A stretch of DNA of 64,000 nt from Polyangiales bacterium (GTDB lineage Bacteria; Myxococcota_A; Polyangia; Polyangiales; Houyiibacteriaceae). Made by a program: the position numbers and the translations under genes. Position 1 is the stretch's first letter. The number at the start of each line of letters is the position of its first letter. Location: assembly GCA_049645265.1 (NCBI GenBank), contig JBARTN010000008.1, positions 33,036-97,035 of the forward strand, in the 5' to 3' direction. The notes beneath the pieces are model-generated. The model did not search any database. It had not been told where the DNA came from and saw only the letters and a list, made by a program, of their open reading frames with translations. Shown in pieces: positions 33,201 to 41,081 of this stretch.

Positions 33201-34718
33201 CAGCCACTGGCCAACCTGCTGCAAGAGTTGGAGCGCGTCGTGGCGTTCAACGTGGAGCTGGCAACAGCGGAGCTCGAAATCGTCCACGACGAAGCGGTCC
33301 CCGAAGAGATGCACACGTTGCTTCGCGAAATGGTCTACGGCCAGCTCGAACGCAGCTACAACTCGCTCGAGGAGATTCGCGCCGAAGCGAAGGGCTGGCC
33401 GGCGATCATCGAACACGAGATGCGTGACGCGGCGCTCGGAACGCTGGAAACGTTGCGCGGGGAGCTTGCCGAAGGCTCCTTCAGTAGGTCACGCCTCGAA
33501 GCGATGCGCCGCGCCGCGAGCGGGCTACGAATCATGAGCAAGGCGGAGCGATTGCCCCGAATGAAGCGGCTCAAGGCGCAGCTTCGGGGCGGTCTCCGTG
33601 CCTTGTTTGGCGAGGAACGGCTCGAGCGTTGGAGCGAGCGTCTTGGCCTGACCCAAGCATTGCCAACCGAGGCGTTGTCGGCCGGGGCCTTTGCAGCGCC
33701 CGACGTAGCGACCGAGCTACCGCTGGTCTACCGGCGCCTTTTCGCTGCGGACACCATGGAGGCCGGCGACGTGCTCACCGGCCGTGACCAGGAAATTCGC
33801 CGCGCGGAATCGGTACTATCGAGTGAGGTAAGAGGGCGCCTACGCTCCGTTGCGCTGATCGGTGTCGATGGCGTTGGAAAGGCGGCTGTGTCGAGCGCGA
33901 TCGTGCGAAGCAGGCGTTGGAAGAACGTGAAGCGCGTGGTCTTTACCGCGCCGGTGACGGTCGCAGATGTCGACGCGATCTTCCAAGACTCACCTGAAGG
34001 GCAGCTGGTCGTCGTCGACGGTCTCCACTGGATGCTGTCGATGGCTCCCGGAGGCTTCAACCCTCTTCGCCGCTTTGTAAAAGGCATCATCGAGGAGGGC
34101 GGGCGGCGGCGTTGGCTCGCGCATGGGGCCGTGCTCTTCTGGAACTTCGCCTCGACGGTGGCGCCGCTGCGGGACGCGTTCCCAGAGGTCGTCCGACTCG
34201 ATCCGTTGAGCGAGGAGGAACTGCAGGCCGCCGTGATCGCCAGGCATCGCTTGAGCGGTTTTGAACACTCCTTCGACCGCGGGGACGGCTCGCCGATCGA
34301 AGGCCTGTTCGCCCGGAGCGCCAGCCGGATTCGACGGCCCTACGATCAGTACTTCCACGAGCTCCACGAAGCCACCGGCGGCCTCGTGCGGGATGCGCTT
34401 CGGCTTTGGCTGGCTTCCATCCGAGGAATCCGGGACGACATCGTGCACGTCGGACCGATCCCGGCTTCTTCGTACACGCGGGTGAGGCGCCTTCCAGACG
34501 ACATCCTGGTCAACCTCTACCAGATCGCCCGCGAGGGCTGGATGGACGCCGCCGGCCAGGCGAGGTTATTCAGGCTGGACGTGAACACCGCACAGGCGCA
34601 GCTCAGCAGGCTCGCGCACCTGGGCTTGCTCGACGAAAGCGAGGGGGCGTTCGTGATCGCGGTACATTTGCGCGGCGTCCTGGGTCGCGTATTCGCAGAA
34701 CGGGGCTGGGTGCTGTGA
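30204..34718 (+). CDS. giant fusion protein: CPA2-type cation/H+ antiporter domain, about 700-aa helical region, ORC/STAND-like P-loop NTPase and a winged-helix-like tail
   Basis: Uninterrupted 1,504-codon ORF. The N-terminal TM domain carries HITGYLIAGLVFGPS. The C-terminal region has TGRDQEIRRAE, LIGVDGVGKAAV (nt 33861-33884), LVVVDGLHW (nt 34005-34031), VVRLDPLSEEEL and LSRLAHLGLLDE. The start could be ATG 30204 or TTG 30201; both overlap the trkH stop. Confidence 0.8.
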   Translation: MTGSYSLPPPGEETHARRQITVIVLLLFGMVALYQFEQFAQHPFDPSGMLAFGFVVLASYTIGGLVGQIRLPHITGYLIAGLVFGPSLAKVLSGLGLPAPFDRGILNDEVIEQLSLFDNLAVALIALTAGGELKLEGLKKGLRAISSILAAQFVSIAVLVTAFFWLISGAVPYIGLPGVAGLPMAAALAVGAMVASVSLATSPAATIAVIMESRAAGSMTRDVLSVVVLKDVIVVVAFAVAQVIVAQQVGMGALESGIGSYLLQHIVISILFGAVVVGGLMALYIRYVNQELLIFVVGVVYLVAFISDQLGWDPVLVFLAAGFGVSNFSKTGHRLIETVERLSLPVYVVFFTLAGAKLQLDQLRQVALFAMGLVAVRGFAIYSGTKLGARIGKADEATRDFGWMGFVSQAGVSILLAAIIGREFGELGRSLETLIIGSVAINELVGPVMFKLGLSLAGETRTGRKSISPARHLSVRPPSMRPEGEDGAAKRLEPWPEHVGAKNLWGDPLQLKSAELNSRTQDLAGDLQSIVREVSTGPLRDFQLDAGKYLRDLRREFLRHHRRLTVQARAEDRAERDELVTLLRSAQSDLAAHWRGIVLGRSVTLAKLTWTPETMLENVDSLVDELPLVVVTPYEDASYQSKEGDSLWKRLRRGLLRLRRGWRRTVGQSPPTRDVRLRALGRFHLSYDAPARLEALAALFVEADRHLAARTRSLFDGVIAGYDDIVDISVNPEADLEGQLVRLRHDVEEELALALDETVRITGDGTHRAATALATGFVGLKEDLPTFGTLDLRTSERRTSRRFANRMRAMETLTKDVSNLRKASSAEYSSLAMELELLGLEARIKDSVTEYALRLTNTVQRRAISQVERVSDTLHKALARLNEELESDYSGEQLAAALRTSTEATSKATGEAARVTNELYEDLSDDTKIAPLLDTLVDACRALTPRYRVTVGQRQTGEWRLPAALPEVEVPFREIVLTYIDSRVAPKLLASRQELAERIQPLANLLQELERVVAFNVELATAELEIVHDEAVPEEMHTLLREMVYGQLERSYNSLEEIRAEAKGWPAIIEHEMRDAALGTLETLRGELAEGSFSRSRLEAMRRAASGLRIMSKAERLPRMKRLKAQLRGGLRALFGEERLERWSERLGLTQALPTEALSAGAFAAPDVATELPLVYRRLFAADTMEAGDVLTGRDQEIRRAESVLSSEVRGRLRSVALIGVDGVGKAAVSSAIVRSRRWKNVKRVVFTAPVTVADVDAIFQDSPEGQLVVVDGLHWMLSMAPGGFNPLRRFVKGIIEEGGRRRWLAHGAVLFWNFASTVAPLRDAFPEVVRLDPLSEEELQAAVIARHRLSGFEHSFDRGDGSPIEGLFARSASRIRRPYDQYFHELHEATGGLVRDALRLWLASIRGIRDDIVHVGPIPASSYTRVRRLPDDILVNLYQIAREGWMDAAGQARLFRLDVNTAQAQLSRLAHLGLLDESEGAFVIAVHLRGVLGRVFAERGWVL

Positions 34719-35734
34719 TTTCGAATCTCCAATGCTCCAGCTTGTCGTTTCTGCTCATCGCCCTCATCGCGGCGCCGGGCGCAGCGCAGCCTCTCGACCG
34801 CACGAACGAAACGACCAGCCAGCCGGACACGCAAAACGAAGCGGCGCAGCAGGACGAAGCCTGGACCGAACCGCCTTCACAGGACCAGCCACGCTCGATT
34901 GCCAGGCGCGCATCGGATAGCGGTCAGGGCGAAGAGGCCCTCCCCGCAGGAGACCACAGCCCAGTGTGGACCCTAGTCCTCTGGTTGCTCGCCGTGGGCC
35001 TGGTCTTGTTCATCGCGGAGCGCGGTCGCAGTTGGATTACCCAAAACATTCCGCTGCGGCGTGCACTCGGCGCGCTGGTATTCGTTCTCCGCATCGCGGC
35101 CTTCTTTTTGCTGCTGGCGATCATTTTCCCCTTGGTCCCAACCGACCAACCTTGGATTCTCTGGACGCTGGCTGTCCTTGCGCTCGTCGTCGGTTGGTCC
35201 GTCCGAGATCTGTTCGCAGACCTGGTTGCCGGCGGAATACTCGCAGCCGAGCGCCGTGTGAAAAAGGGGATGTGGGTTTCCGGCGACGGCTTTCAAGGGA
35301 CGGTCGAAGGCCGGTCGCTCCGTGCGACCTGGCTGCGTGACGGACAGGGCCACCGTCTCACGGTGCCCAATCGCGCGATGGTCGGCGCGCCGATGGTGTA
35401 CGACGTTGGCGCGGATGCCGAGCACGAGGTGGTGGTGCGACTCGAAGGCTACCGGGACGCTGGCAAGGTGCGCATGGCTCTGGGCGACGCGATTCTCAGC
35501 TCCCCCTGGGTGCTCGCTGGTGCCACGCCGGTCGTTCTACGTGATCCCTCAGACCCAGTCGTCTGGCGTGTTCGAACGAAGCTGCTCGAGCCTCGCTTTT
35601 CGGTGCACTTCGAAGGTGAGTTGCTCGAGCGCGTCGAAGACTTGCTGCGCCACGAACCGCCGCTCGACGAGCGCGAGACCGCCCCGGTCCTCGTTGAGCC
35701 CGAGGCCGTGACCGATATCGAGATCGAAGATTGA
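34715..35734 (+). CDS. MscS-family mechanosensitive ion channel
   Basis: GTG start overlaps the upstream stop (GTGA). Signal-like N-terminus and three TM helices. The MscS beta-domain pattern is AGGILAAERRVKKGMWVSGDGFQGTVEGRSLRATWLRDGQGHRLTVPN. Confidence 0.75.
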   Translation: MISNLQCSSLSFLLIALIAAPGAAQPLDRTNETTSQPDTQNEAAQQDEAWTEPPSQDQPRSIARRASDSGQGEEALPAGDHSPVWTLVLWLLAVGLVLFIAERGRSWITQNIPLRRALGALVFVLRIAAFFLLLAIIFPLVPTDQPWILWTLAVLALVVGWSVRDLFADLVAGGILAAERRVKKGMWVSGDGFQGTVEGRSLRATWLRDGQGHRLTVPNRAMVGAPMVYDVGADAEHEVVVRLEGYRDAGKVRMALGDAILSSPWVLAGATPVVLRDPSDPVVWRVRTKLLEPRFSVHFEGELLERVEDLLRHEPPLDERETAPVLVEPEAVTDIEIED

Positions 35735-35745
35735 CGGAGAACGAA

Positions 35746-36786
35746 TCAAGCGATCCAATCGCGAAGCTCCCCGGTGACCACCCGCGGAGCCTGCTGAAGC
35801 TCTTCGATCGTCTTCGCGCCAGAGAGCAACATCACTGAACGCAGCTCGCGCTCGATGCGCTGCAAGAACGAGCGGGCGCCGTTCACGCCGCCTTCGAGGA
35901 AGGCTTGATAGACGTTGCGCGCGATTCCTGCGCAGCTTGCACCGAGGGCAATTGCGCGCGCGACGTCCATGCCGGTTCGGATGCCGCCGGTGGCGATCGT
36001 CGTCATTCCAGCCTCGACGCAGTATCGGACCGAGGCCGCAGTCGGAACACCCCAATCCCAGAGCGCCTCACCGAGGGCTCTGCCGTCGGCGTCCGCGCGC
36101 AAGGTCTCGACACCGACCCAGGAGGTGCCGCCCGCTCCCGAGGTATCCGCGTGACGAATGCCAATCGCCCGCAATCGGGCCGCTACCTCCCGGCTAATCC
36201 CACTGCCGGTTTCTTTGGCGATGACCGGAACGCCGAGCTCGGCCCAAAGACGCTGGAAGGTCTCGAGGCCTCTACTGAAGTCGCGATCGCCTTCGGGCTG
36301 AACGAGCTCCATGGCGGGGTTCATGTGCACACAGAGAGCGTCGGCACCGACCTCGGCCAGCATTTCGGCGATCACCTCGGTGGAGAGATCTCGTGCCTGA
36401 ACCACCCCGACGTTGCCAAAGAGCAGCGCATCGGGCGCATGCTTGCGCACCTGGTAGGTCCAACTCGTCTCCGGCCTTTGCTGCATGGCGCGCTGACTTC
36501 CCAAGCCAAACGCATAGCCGAGCTCGTCGGCGATCGACGCCAGGGCCTGGTTGATCTCGGCAGCGCGTGCATGGCCGCCGGTCATCGCAGCGATCAACAG
36601 TGGGGCGCGAAGCTCCTTCCCGAGCAATCGGACCCTGGTGTCGATCGAGTCGAAGCTGGTTTCGGGGAGCGACTGGTGAACGAGCCGAACGCATTCGAGA
36701 AGGGTCGTGCGCTGCCGAAACGCGACCTCGTCGGTCGCGCACAGATCGAGATGATCGGCCTTTCTCTTCTCAATGTCTGCGCTCAT
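35746..36786 (-). CDS. fni: type 2 (FMN-dependent) isopentenyl-diphosphate delta-isomerase
   Basis: KADHLDLC, LIAAMTGG, SGAGGTSW and ATGGIRTGMDVA. Start set at ATG 36786 (MSADIEKRK). Confidence 0.9.
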   Translation of the reverse strand: MSADIEKRKADHLDLCATDEVAFRQRTTLLECVRLVHQSLPETSFDSIDTRVRLLGKELRAPLLIAAMTGGHARAAEINQALASIADELGYAFGLGSQRAMQQRPETSWTYQVRKHAPDALLFGNVGVVQARDLSTEVIAEMLAEVGADALCVHMNPAMELVQPEGDRDFSRGLETFQRLWAELGVPVIAKETGSGISREVAARLRAIGIRHADTSGAGGTSWVGVETLRADADGRALGEALWDWGVPTAASVRYCVEAGMTTIATGGIRTGMDVARAIALGASCAGIARNVYQAFLEGGVNGARSFLQRIERELRSVMLLSGAKTIEELQQAPRVVTGELRDWIA

Positions 36787-36862
36787 CGCATCGCTTGCTC
36801 GGCGGCGTCCTGCCGTGTACGTAGCTCGGAATAAGGACACTGACACCGTGGCGCAAGGGCAA

Positions 36863-37885
36863 ATGGATCTCGAGTCTTGGATGGGAGGCATCCGCCAGCA
36901 GGTCGATGCCATCCTCGAACGGTTTTTCGAGTCGAAGTGCGAGGAAGCGAGGAAGCTTTCCCCTAAGGCGATCGAGCTGGTCTCGGAGGTTCGCGACCTC
37001 ACGATGCGCGGAGGAAAGCGCCTGAGGCCTATTGTGACGGCTGCTGCGTATGGGGCAGCAAGCGGAGCCAGTGACCTCGGCCCCACGTTCGAGGTCGGCG
37101 CGGCGCTCGAGCTACTGCAGACGTATCTGCTGATTCACGACGACTGGATGGACGAGGACCGCGAACGCCGCGGTGGACCCGCCGTCCACTACGCGTTCCA
37201 GAAGAAACACGGGCACGACCACCTCGGTGCAAGCCTCGGAATCCTCGCAGGCGACTTGGCTTCGACCTTTGGATGGGAGCTCTTGCTCGAGGGTCGCTTT
37301 CCAGAGGGAAGACGGGAGGAGGGCTTCTCACTCTTCGTGAGAATCCAAAAGGAAGTATTTGCCGGGCAGCAGCTCGACCTCATGACGTACGGGGACGTCG
37401 AGCGCATGCACGACTTGAAGACAGGGAGTTACACGACCCGCGGGCCCGCAGAGCTCGGAGGCATACTCGCCGACGCCGACGCGGCCGCTATGCGTGCGCT
37501 CCGTGACTGGTCGATGCCGCTCGGGGTCGCGTTTCAACTTCGCGATGACCTGCTCGGGACATTCGGAAGCGCGCGTCAGACGGGAAAGCCCGGCGACGAC
37601 CTGCGGCATGGGAAGCACAATGCCGTCGTCGCTGCGTTTCGTGGACTCGAGCCTAGCAACGCAGAGCAAGCCTTGCTGCAAGGCGTTTGGGGACGCGCCG
37701 ACGCAAGCGATGAAGAAATCGCGGGGGCGACGGAGGTGCTCTTTGAGGCAAAGGCCGAGGTCGAGGCGCGACTCGGCTTTCTTGCCAACGAGGCCCGGAG
37801 CGCGCTCGCTGCGAGCCCATTCGACGAACGAGGCAAGCGAATACTAGGAGAAGTCACGCGGCAGCTCACCAATCGGGGGAGCTGA
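36863..37885 (+). CDS. polyprenyl diphosphate synthase (FPP/GGPP synthase family)
   Basis: First Asp-rich motif LIHDDWMDED and second Asp-rich motif FQLRDDLLG. Start set at ATG 36863, because the track start at 36773 would overlap divergent fni. Confidence 0.88.
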   Translation: MDLESWMGGIRQQVDAILERFFESKCEEARKLSPKAIELVSEVRDLTMRGGKRLRPIVTAAAYGAASGASDLGPTFEVGAALELLQTYLLIHDDWMDEDRERRGGPAVHYAFQKKHGHDHLGASLGILAGDLASTFGWELLLEGRFPEGRREEGFSLFVRIQKEVFAGQQLDLMTYGDVERMHDLKTGSYTTRGPAELGGILADADAAAMRALRDWSMPLGVAFQLRDDLLGTFGSARQTGKPGDDLRHGKHNAVVAAFRGLEPSNAEQALLQGVWGRADASDEEIAGATEVLFEAKAEVEARLGFLANEARSALAASPFDERGKRILGEVTRQLTNRGS

Positions 37886-38781
37886 TGGGCTTCGGAAGAG
37901 GCAAGGTCATCCTGCTCGGCGAGCATGCGGTCGTTCATGGTTGTCCGGCGATCGCGGTCGGCATCGAACGGGGCGTCACCGCCGCGGCACGCCCGGCCGA
38001 GCGCGACATCTTGCGGCTCTCGCCCTGGGGCTTGGCGCTCGGGCCGGACCCCCTAGGAAGCGAGCCTCTGGAGCGCGCCTTTGCGGCAGTACTCGCGCTC
38101 TATCCAGAGCGTCCCGCACTCGAGGTGAGCGCCGAGGTCGAGCTTCCGGCCGGAGCTGGGCTCGGCTGTTCCGCTGCGATCGGCGTGGCCGTGCTCGACG
38201 CAATCGATGAGGCTCTGAGCATCAAACGCTCTCGAACGGAGCTGGCAGAGGCGGCGCTCGTCTGGGAGAGGATCTTCCACGGGAATCCGTCGGGGATCGA
38301 CAACGCAATGTCGGCGGTCGGCGGTGTCGCGCTCTATCGCAAAGGGGATCCGCTTCGGCCGCTGCGCTCGAACAAGCCGCTTCATTTGGTGATCGGCTAC
38401 AGCGGCGAGTCCTCCAGCACCAAAGAGATGGTCGCGTCGGTGGCGCGGCAGCTCGAAACCGACCCCGGGCGCGTGAACAAGGCCTTCGAAGCGATCGAGG
38501 TGTTGGTGCGCAACGCGAAGCTCGCGATCGAGGCCGGTGATCACATCGCGCTTGGGCAACTGCTCGATCTGAATCACAGCATCCTCAGCTCCCTGATGCT
38601 CTGCACGAGCAAGCTGGACGAAATGTGTCAGGCCGCGAGGGCGTCGGGAGCCTTGGGCGCGAAAATGACGGGCGCAGGAGGTGGAGGCTGCATGTTTGCG
38701 CTCGCACCCAAGCAGGACCAAGCGCTGCGCCTTTGCGAGGTGCTCGGACCAGGCGCGTTCGTGGCGGAGGTGAGCACGTGA
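37885..38781 (+). CDS. mvk: mevalonate kinase
   Basis: GKVILLGEHAVVHG and the GHMP motif PAGAGLGCSAA. Confidence 0.9.
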   Translation: MGFGRGKVILLGEHAVVHGCPAIAVGIERGVTAAARPAERDILRLSPWGLALGPDPLGSEPLERAFAAVLALYPERPALEVSAEVELPAGAGLGCSAAIGVAVLDAIDEALSIKRSRTELAEAALVWERIFHGNPSGIDNAMSAVGGVALYRKGDPLRPLRSNKPLHLVIGYSGESSSTKEMVASVARQLETDPGRVNKAFEAIEVLVRNAKLAIEAGDHIALGQLLDLNHSILSSLMLCTSKLDEMCQAARASGALGAKMTGAGGGGCMFALAPKQDQALRLCEVLGPGAFVAEVST

Positions 38782-39767
38782 GCGGGCCGCCCATGGAAGC
38801 AAGCGCCCGGGCCTGCGCGAACATCGCGCTCGCCAAATACTGGGGGAAGGCCGACCTGAAGCAAAACATCCCGGCGGTGCCGAGCATCTCGCTTACGCTC
38901 GACCAGCTCGTGACCGAAACCCGAGTTCGCTTCGATGCTTCCCTTTCCTCGGACCTGGTGAGGCTCGACGGCAGGCGTGCGACGGAGGCCGAGGCCGATC
39001 GGGTCGTAGCCATGCTCGACCGCGTTCGCCGGGAAGCGCGGCTACGGGTGAAGGCGCACGTCAGCAGCCACAATCACTTTCCGACGGCCGCCGGGCTCGC
39101 CTCGAGCGCCTCTGGCTTCGCCGCCCTTGCGGCTTCGGCCTCGGCGGCCGCTGGGATCCGATTCAATGCCCGCCGGCTCAGCGCTTTGGCGCGGGCATCG
39201 AGCGCGTCGGCGGCTCGATCGATCTACGGCGGCTTCGTCGAGCTGCCTGCGGGCAGCCGAGGCGATGCCGACCTCGCAGCCAGGCCGATCGCGCCTCCTG
39301 GGCATTGGAATCTCAGGCTGGTCGTCGCGCTGACCGATCACGGCAACAAGAAGGTCGGATCCACCGAAGGGATGGAGCGCTCACGAAAGACTTCGCCCTA
39401 CTACGAGGCCTGGCTCGACCAGGCGCCCAAGTGGTCGCGCAAAATCAAACGCGCGATCAAGGAGCGCGAGCTCGACACGCTTGGCGAGGCGATGGAGCAG
39501 AGCACACTTGCGTTTCATTGCTGCGCGATCACATCCAAGCCGCCGATTTTCTACTGGGCACCCGCGACCCTGGCCGCCCTCGCCACGGTACGTGGGCTTC
39601 GGGACCGCGGTGTTTCGGTCTGGGCGACGATGGACGCCGGGCCGCACGTGAAGGCACTTTGTGGAGTCGGTGATGCGAGCCGTGTTCGCCAGGCACTCGA
39701 CCGAACGCAGGGCGTGACACGAACTTGGGTCGCCAAGCCAGGGCCCGATATCGAGGTGCATCGGTGA
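38778..39767 (+). CDS. mvaD: diphosphomevalonate decarboxylase
   Basis: ANIALAKYWGK and FPTAAGLASSASGFAAL. A GTG at 38778 overlaps the mvk stop (GTGA). The alternative ATG is at 38793. Confidence 0.9.
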   Translation: MSGPPMEASARACANIALAKYWGKADLKQNIPAVPSISLTLDQLVTETRVRFDASLSSDLVRLDGRRATEAEADRVVAMLDRVRREARLRVKAHVSSHNHFPTAAGLASSASGFAALAASASAAAGIRFNARRLSALARASSASAARSIYGGFVELPAGSRGDADLAARPIAPPGHWNLRLVVALTDHGNKKVGSTEGMERSRKTSPYYEAWLDQAPKWSRKIKRAIKERELDTLGEAMEQSTLAFHCCAITSKPPIFYWAPATLAALATVRGLRDRGVSVWATMDAGPHVKALCGVGDASRVRQALDRTQGVTRTWVAKPGPDIEVHR

Positions 39768-40696
39768 CGCCGACGGGCGCCAGCGCCCCAGGCAAGGCGC
39801 TCCTTTGTGGAGAGTATGCGGTGCTCGAAGGCGCGCCGGCGGTCGCCGCGGCAGTCGATCGACGCGTCCGCGTCGCTTGGACGAACGAGCGAGTAGCGAT
39901 GCCTCCAGAGGTCGAGGCCACGCTTCGCCGTGCTCAGGCCGAGCTCGGCCCCGCAGGTCGCTCACTGCGTTTGGACGCGAGCGAGCTGCATCAGGATCGC
40001 ATCAAGCTCGGCCTCGGCTCATCTGCTGCCGCCGCCACCGCAGCGGCAGGCGCCGTATTCGCCTCCCACGGACACGATCTTGCGGATCGAGACACTTTGC
40101 AGCGACTCTTCGCCTGTGCATTCGAAGGCCATGCGTCCATCGCTCCGCAGGGCAGTGGCGTCGACGTTGCAGCTTCGACCTTCGGAGGTTTTCTGCGCTT
40201 CGAACGCAACGACGATCGGGTGGACACGCGCGCGCTCGCGGCCCCGGACGAGCTGCACATTCGGTTGATCTGGACGGGTCAAGCCGCGCGGACCAGTGAG
40301 CTCGTGAGACAGGTGAAGGAACTTCGGCGCAACGACTCGAATCGGTACCAAGCTTGCATGGAGCTGCTGGTCGGGCTCTCCGATCGATTCGCCTCCGCCT
40401 TCGAGGTTGGGAACGCTCGGAGTGTGGTTGCAGAGGCCGCCGCATACTGCGCTGCCATGAAAACGCTGGGAAACGCGGCAGGAGCTCCGATCCTCGAGGA
40501 GCGCCTCGAGCGCGTGGCTGAGCTTGCAGCCACGTTTTCGGGGAGTGCAAAGCCATGCGGTGCAGGCGGCGGCGACGTTGCGATCGCGTTCTTCGTCGAG
40601 CTGGCAGCCGCCAACAGCTTTGAGCTGGCCTGCAAGGACGAAGGGTTGCATCCTATCGACGTCTCTTGGGGTGCAAGCGGCGTGCAGGCCTGTTGA
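39764..40696 (+). CDS. phosphomevalonate kinase (GHMP family)
   Basis: APGKALLCGEYAVLEG and KLGLGSSAAAATAAAG. The GTG start overlaps the mvaD stop (GTGA). Confidence 0.8.
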   Translation: MTPTGASAPGKALLCGEYAVLEGAPAVAAAVDRRVRVAWTNERVAMPPEVEATLRRAQAELGPAGRSLRLDASELHQDRIKLGLGSSAAAATAAAGAVFASHGHDLADRDTLQRLFACAFEGHASIAPQGSGVDVAASTFGGFLRFERNDDRVDTRALAAPDELHIRLIWTGQAARTSELVRQVKELRRNDSNRYQACMELLVGLSDRFASAFEVGNARSVVAEAAAYCAAMKTLGNAAGAPILEERLERVAELAATFSGSAKPCGAGGGDVAIAFFVELAAANSFELACKDEGLHPIDVSWGASGVQAC

Positions 40697-40712
40697 CGGG
40701 AGGAAGCTACAG

Positions 40713-41066
40713 ATGCTCATCAATCTCTATATCCTGTCGCTCGTGCTTGGAGCCGTGCTCCTCGGCGCCTCGCTCTTCCTCGGCGAGAAACGCGTCGACG
40801 CTGACGAACAGACGCGTGCGCATGACGACACCACGCGTGCAAGTCAGTTCGGGCAGCTCGACGGCGTGGCAGGTGGCGACTACTTTGCGCGGACCGTGCG
40901 ATCGCGCAGGTTCTGGACCTTCTTCGTTTCGTTCTTCGGCATGACCGGGCTCATTCTCGATGGACTAGATCTGCTGAGCCCCATGGTCGCGCTCATCGTG
41001 GCGGTGGCGGTCGGGTCGGTCGCCGGCGCGGGAGCTTCGGCAGCGATGCGGATTGCTTCTAGCTGA
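40713..41066 (+). CDS. small membrane protein of unknown function (117 aa, about 3 TM)
   Basis: The ATG is preceded by GGGAGGA. Hydrophobic N-terminus (LINLYILSLVLGAVLLGASLFL) and two C-terminal helices. It starts 16 nt after the pmk stop. Confidence 0.55.
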   Translation: MLINLYILSLVLGAVLLGASLFLGEKRVDADEQTRAHDDTTRASQFGQLDGVAGGDYFARTVRSRRFWTFFVSFFGMTGLILDGLDLLSPMVALIVAVAVGSVAGAGASAAMRIASS

Positions 41067-41081
41067 GCCTGAAGCTCAGCT
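41061..41081. terminator. hairpin spanning both convergent stop codons (bidirectional terminator candidate)
   Basis: agctgagc-ctgaa-gctcagct forms a perfect 8-bp stem with a 5-nt loop. No U-tract on either side. Confidence 0.35.
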
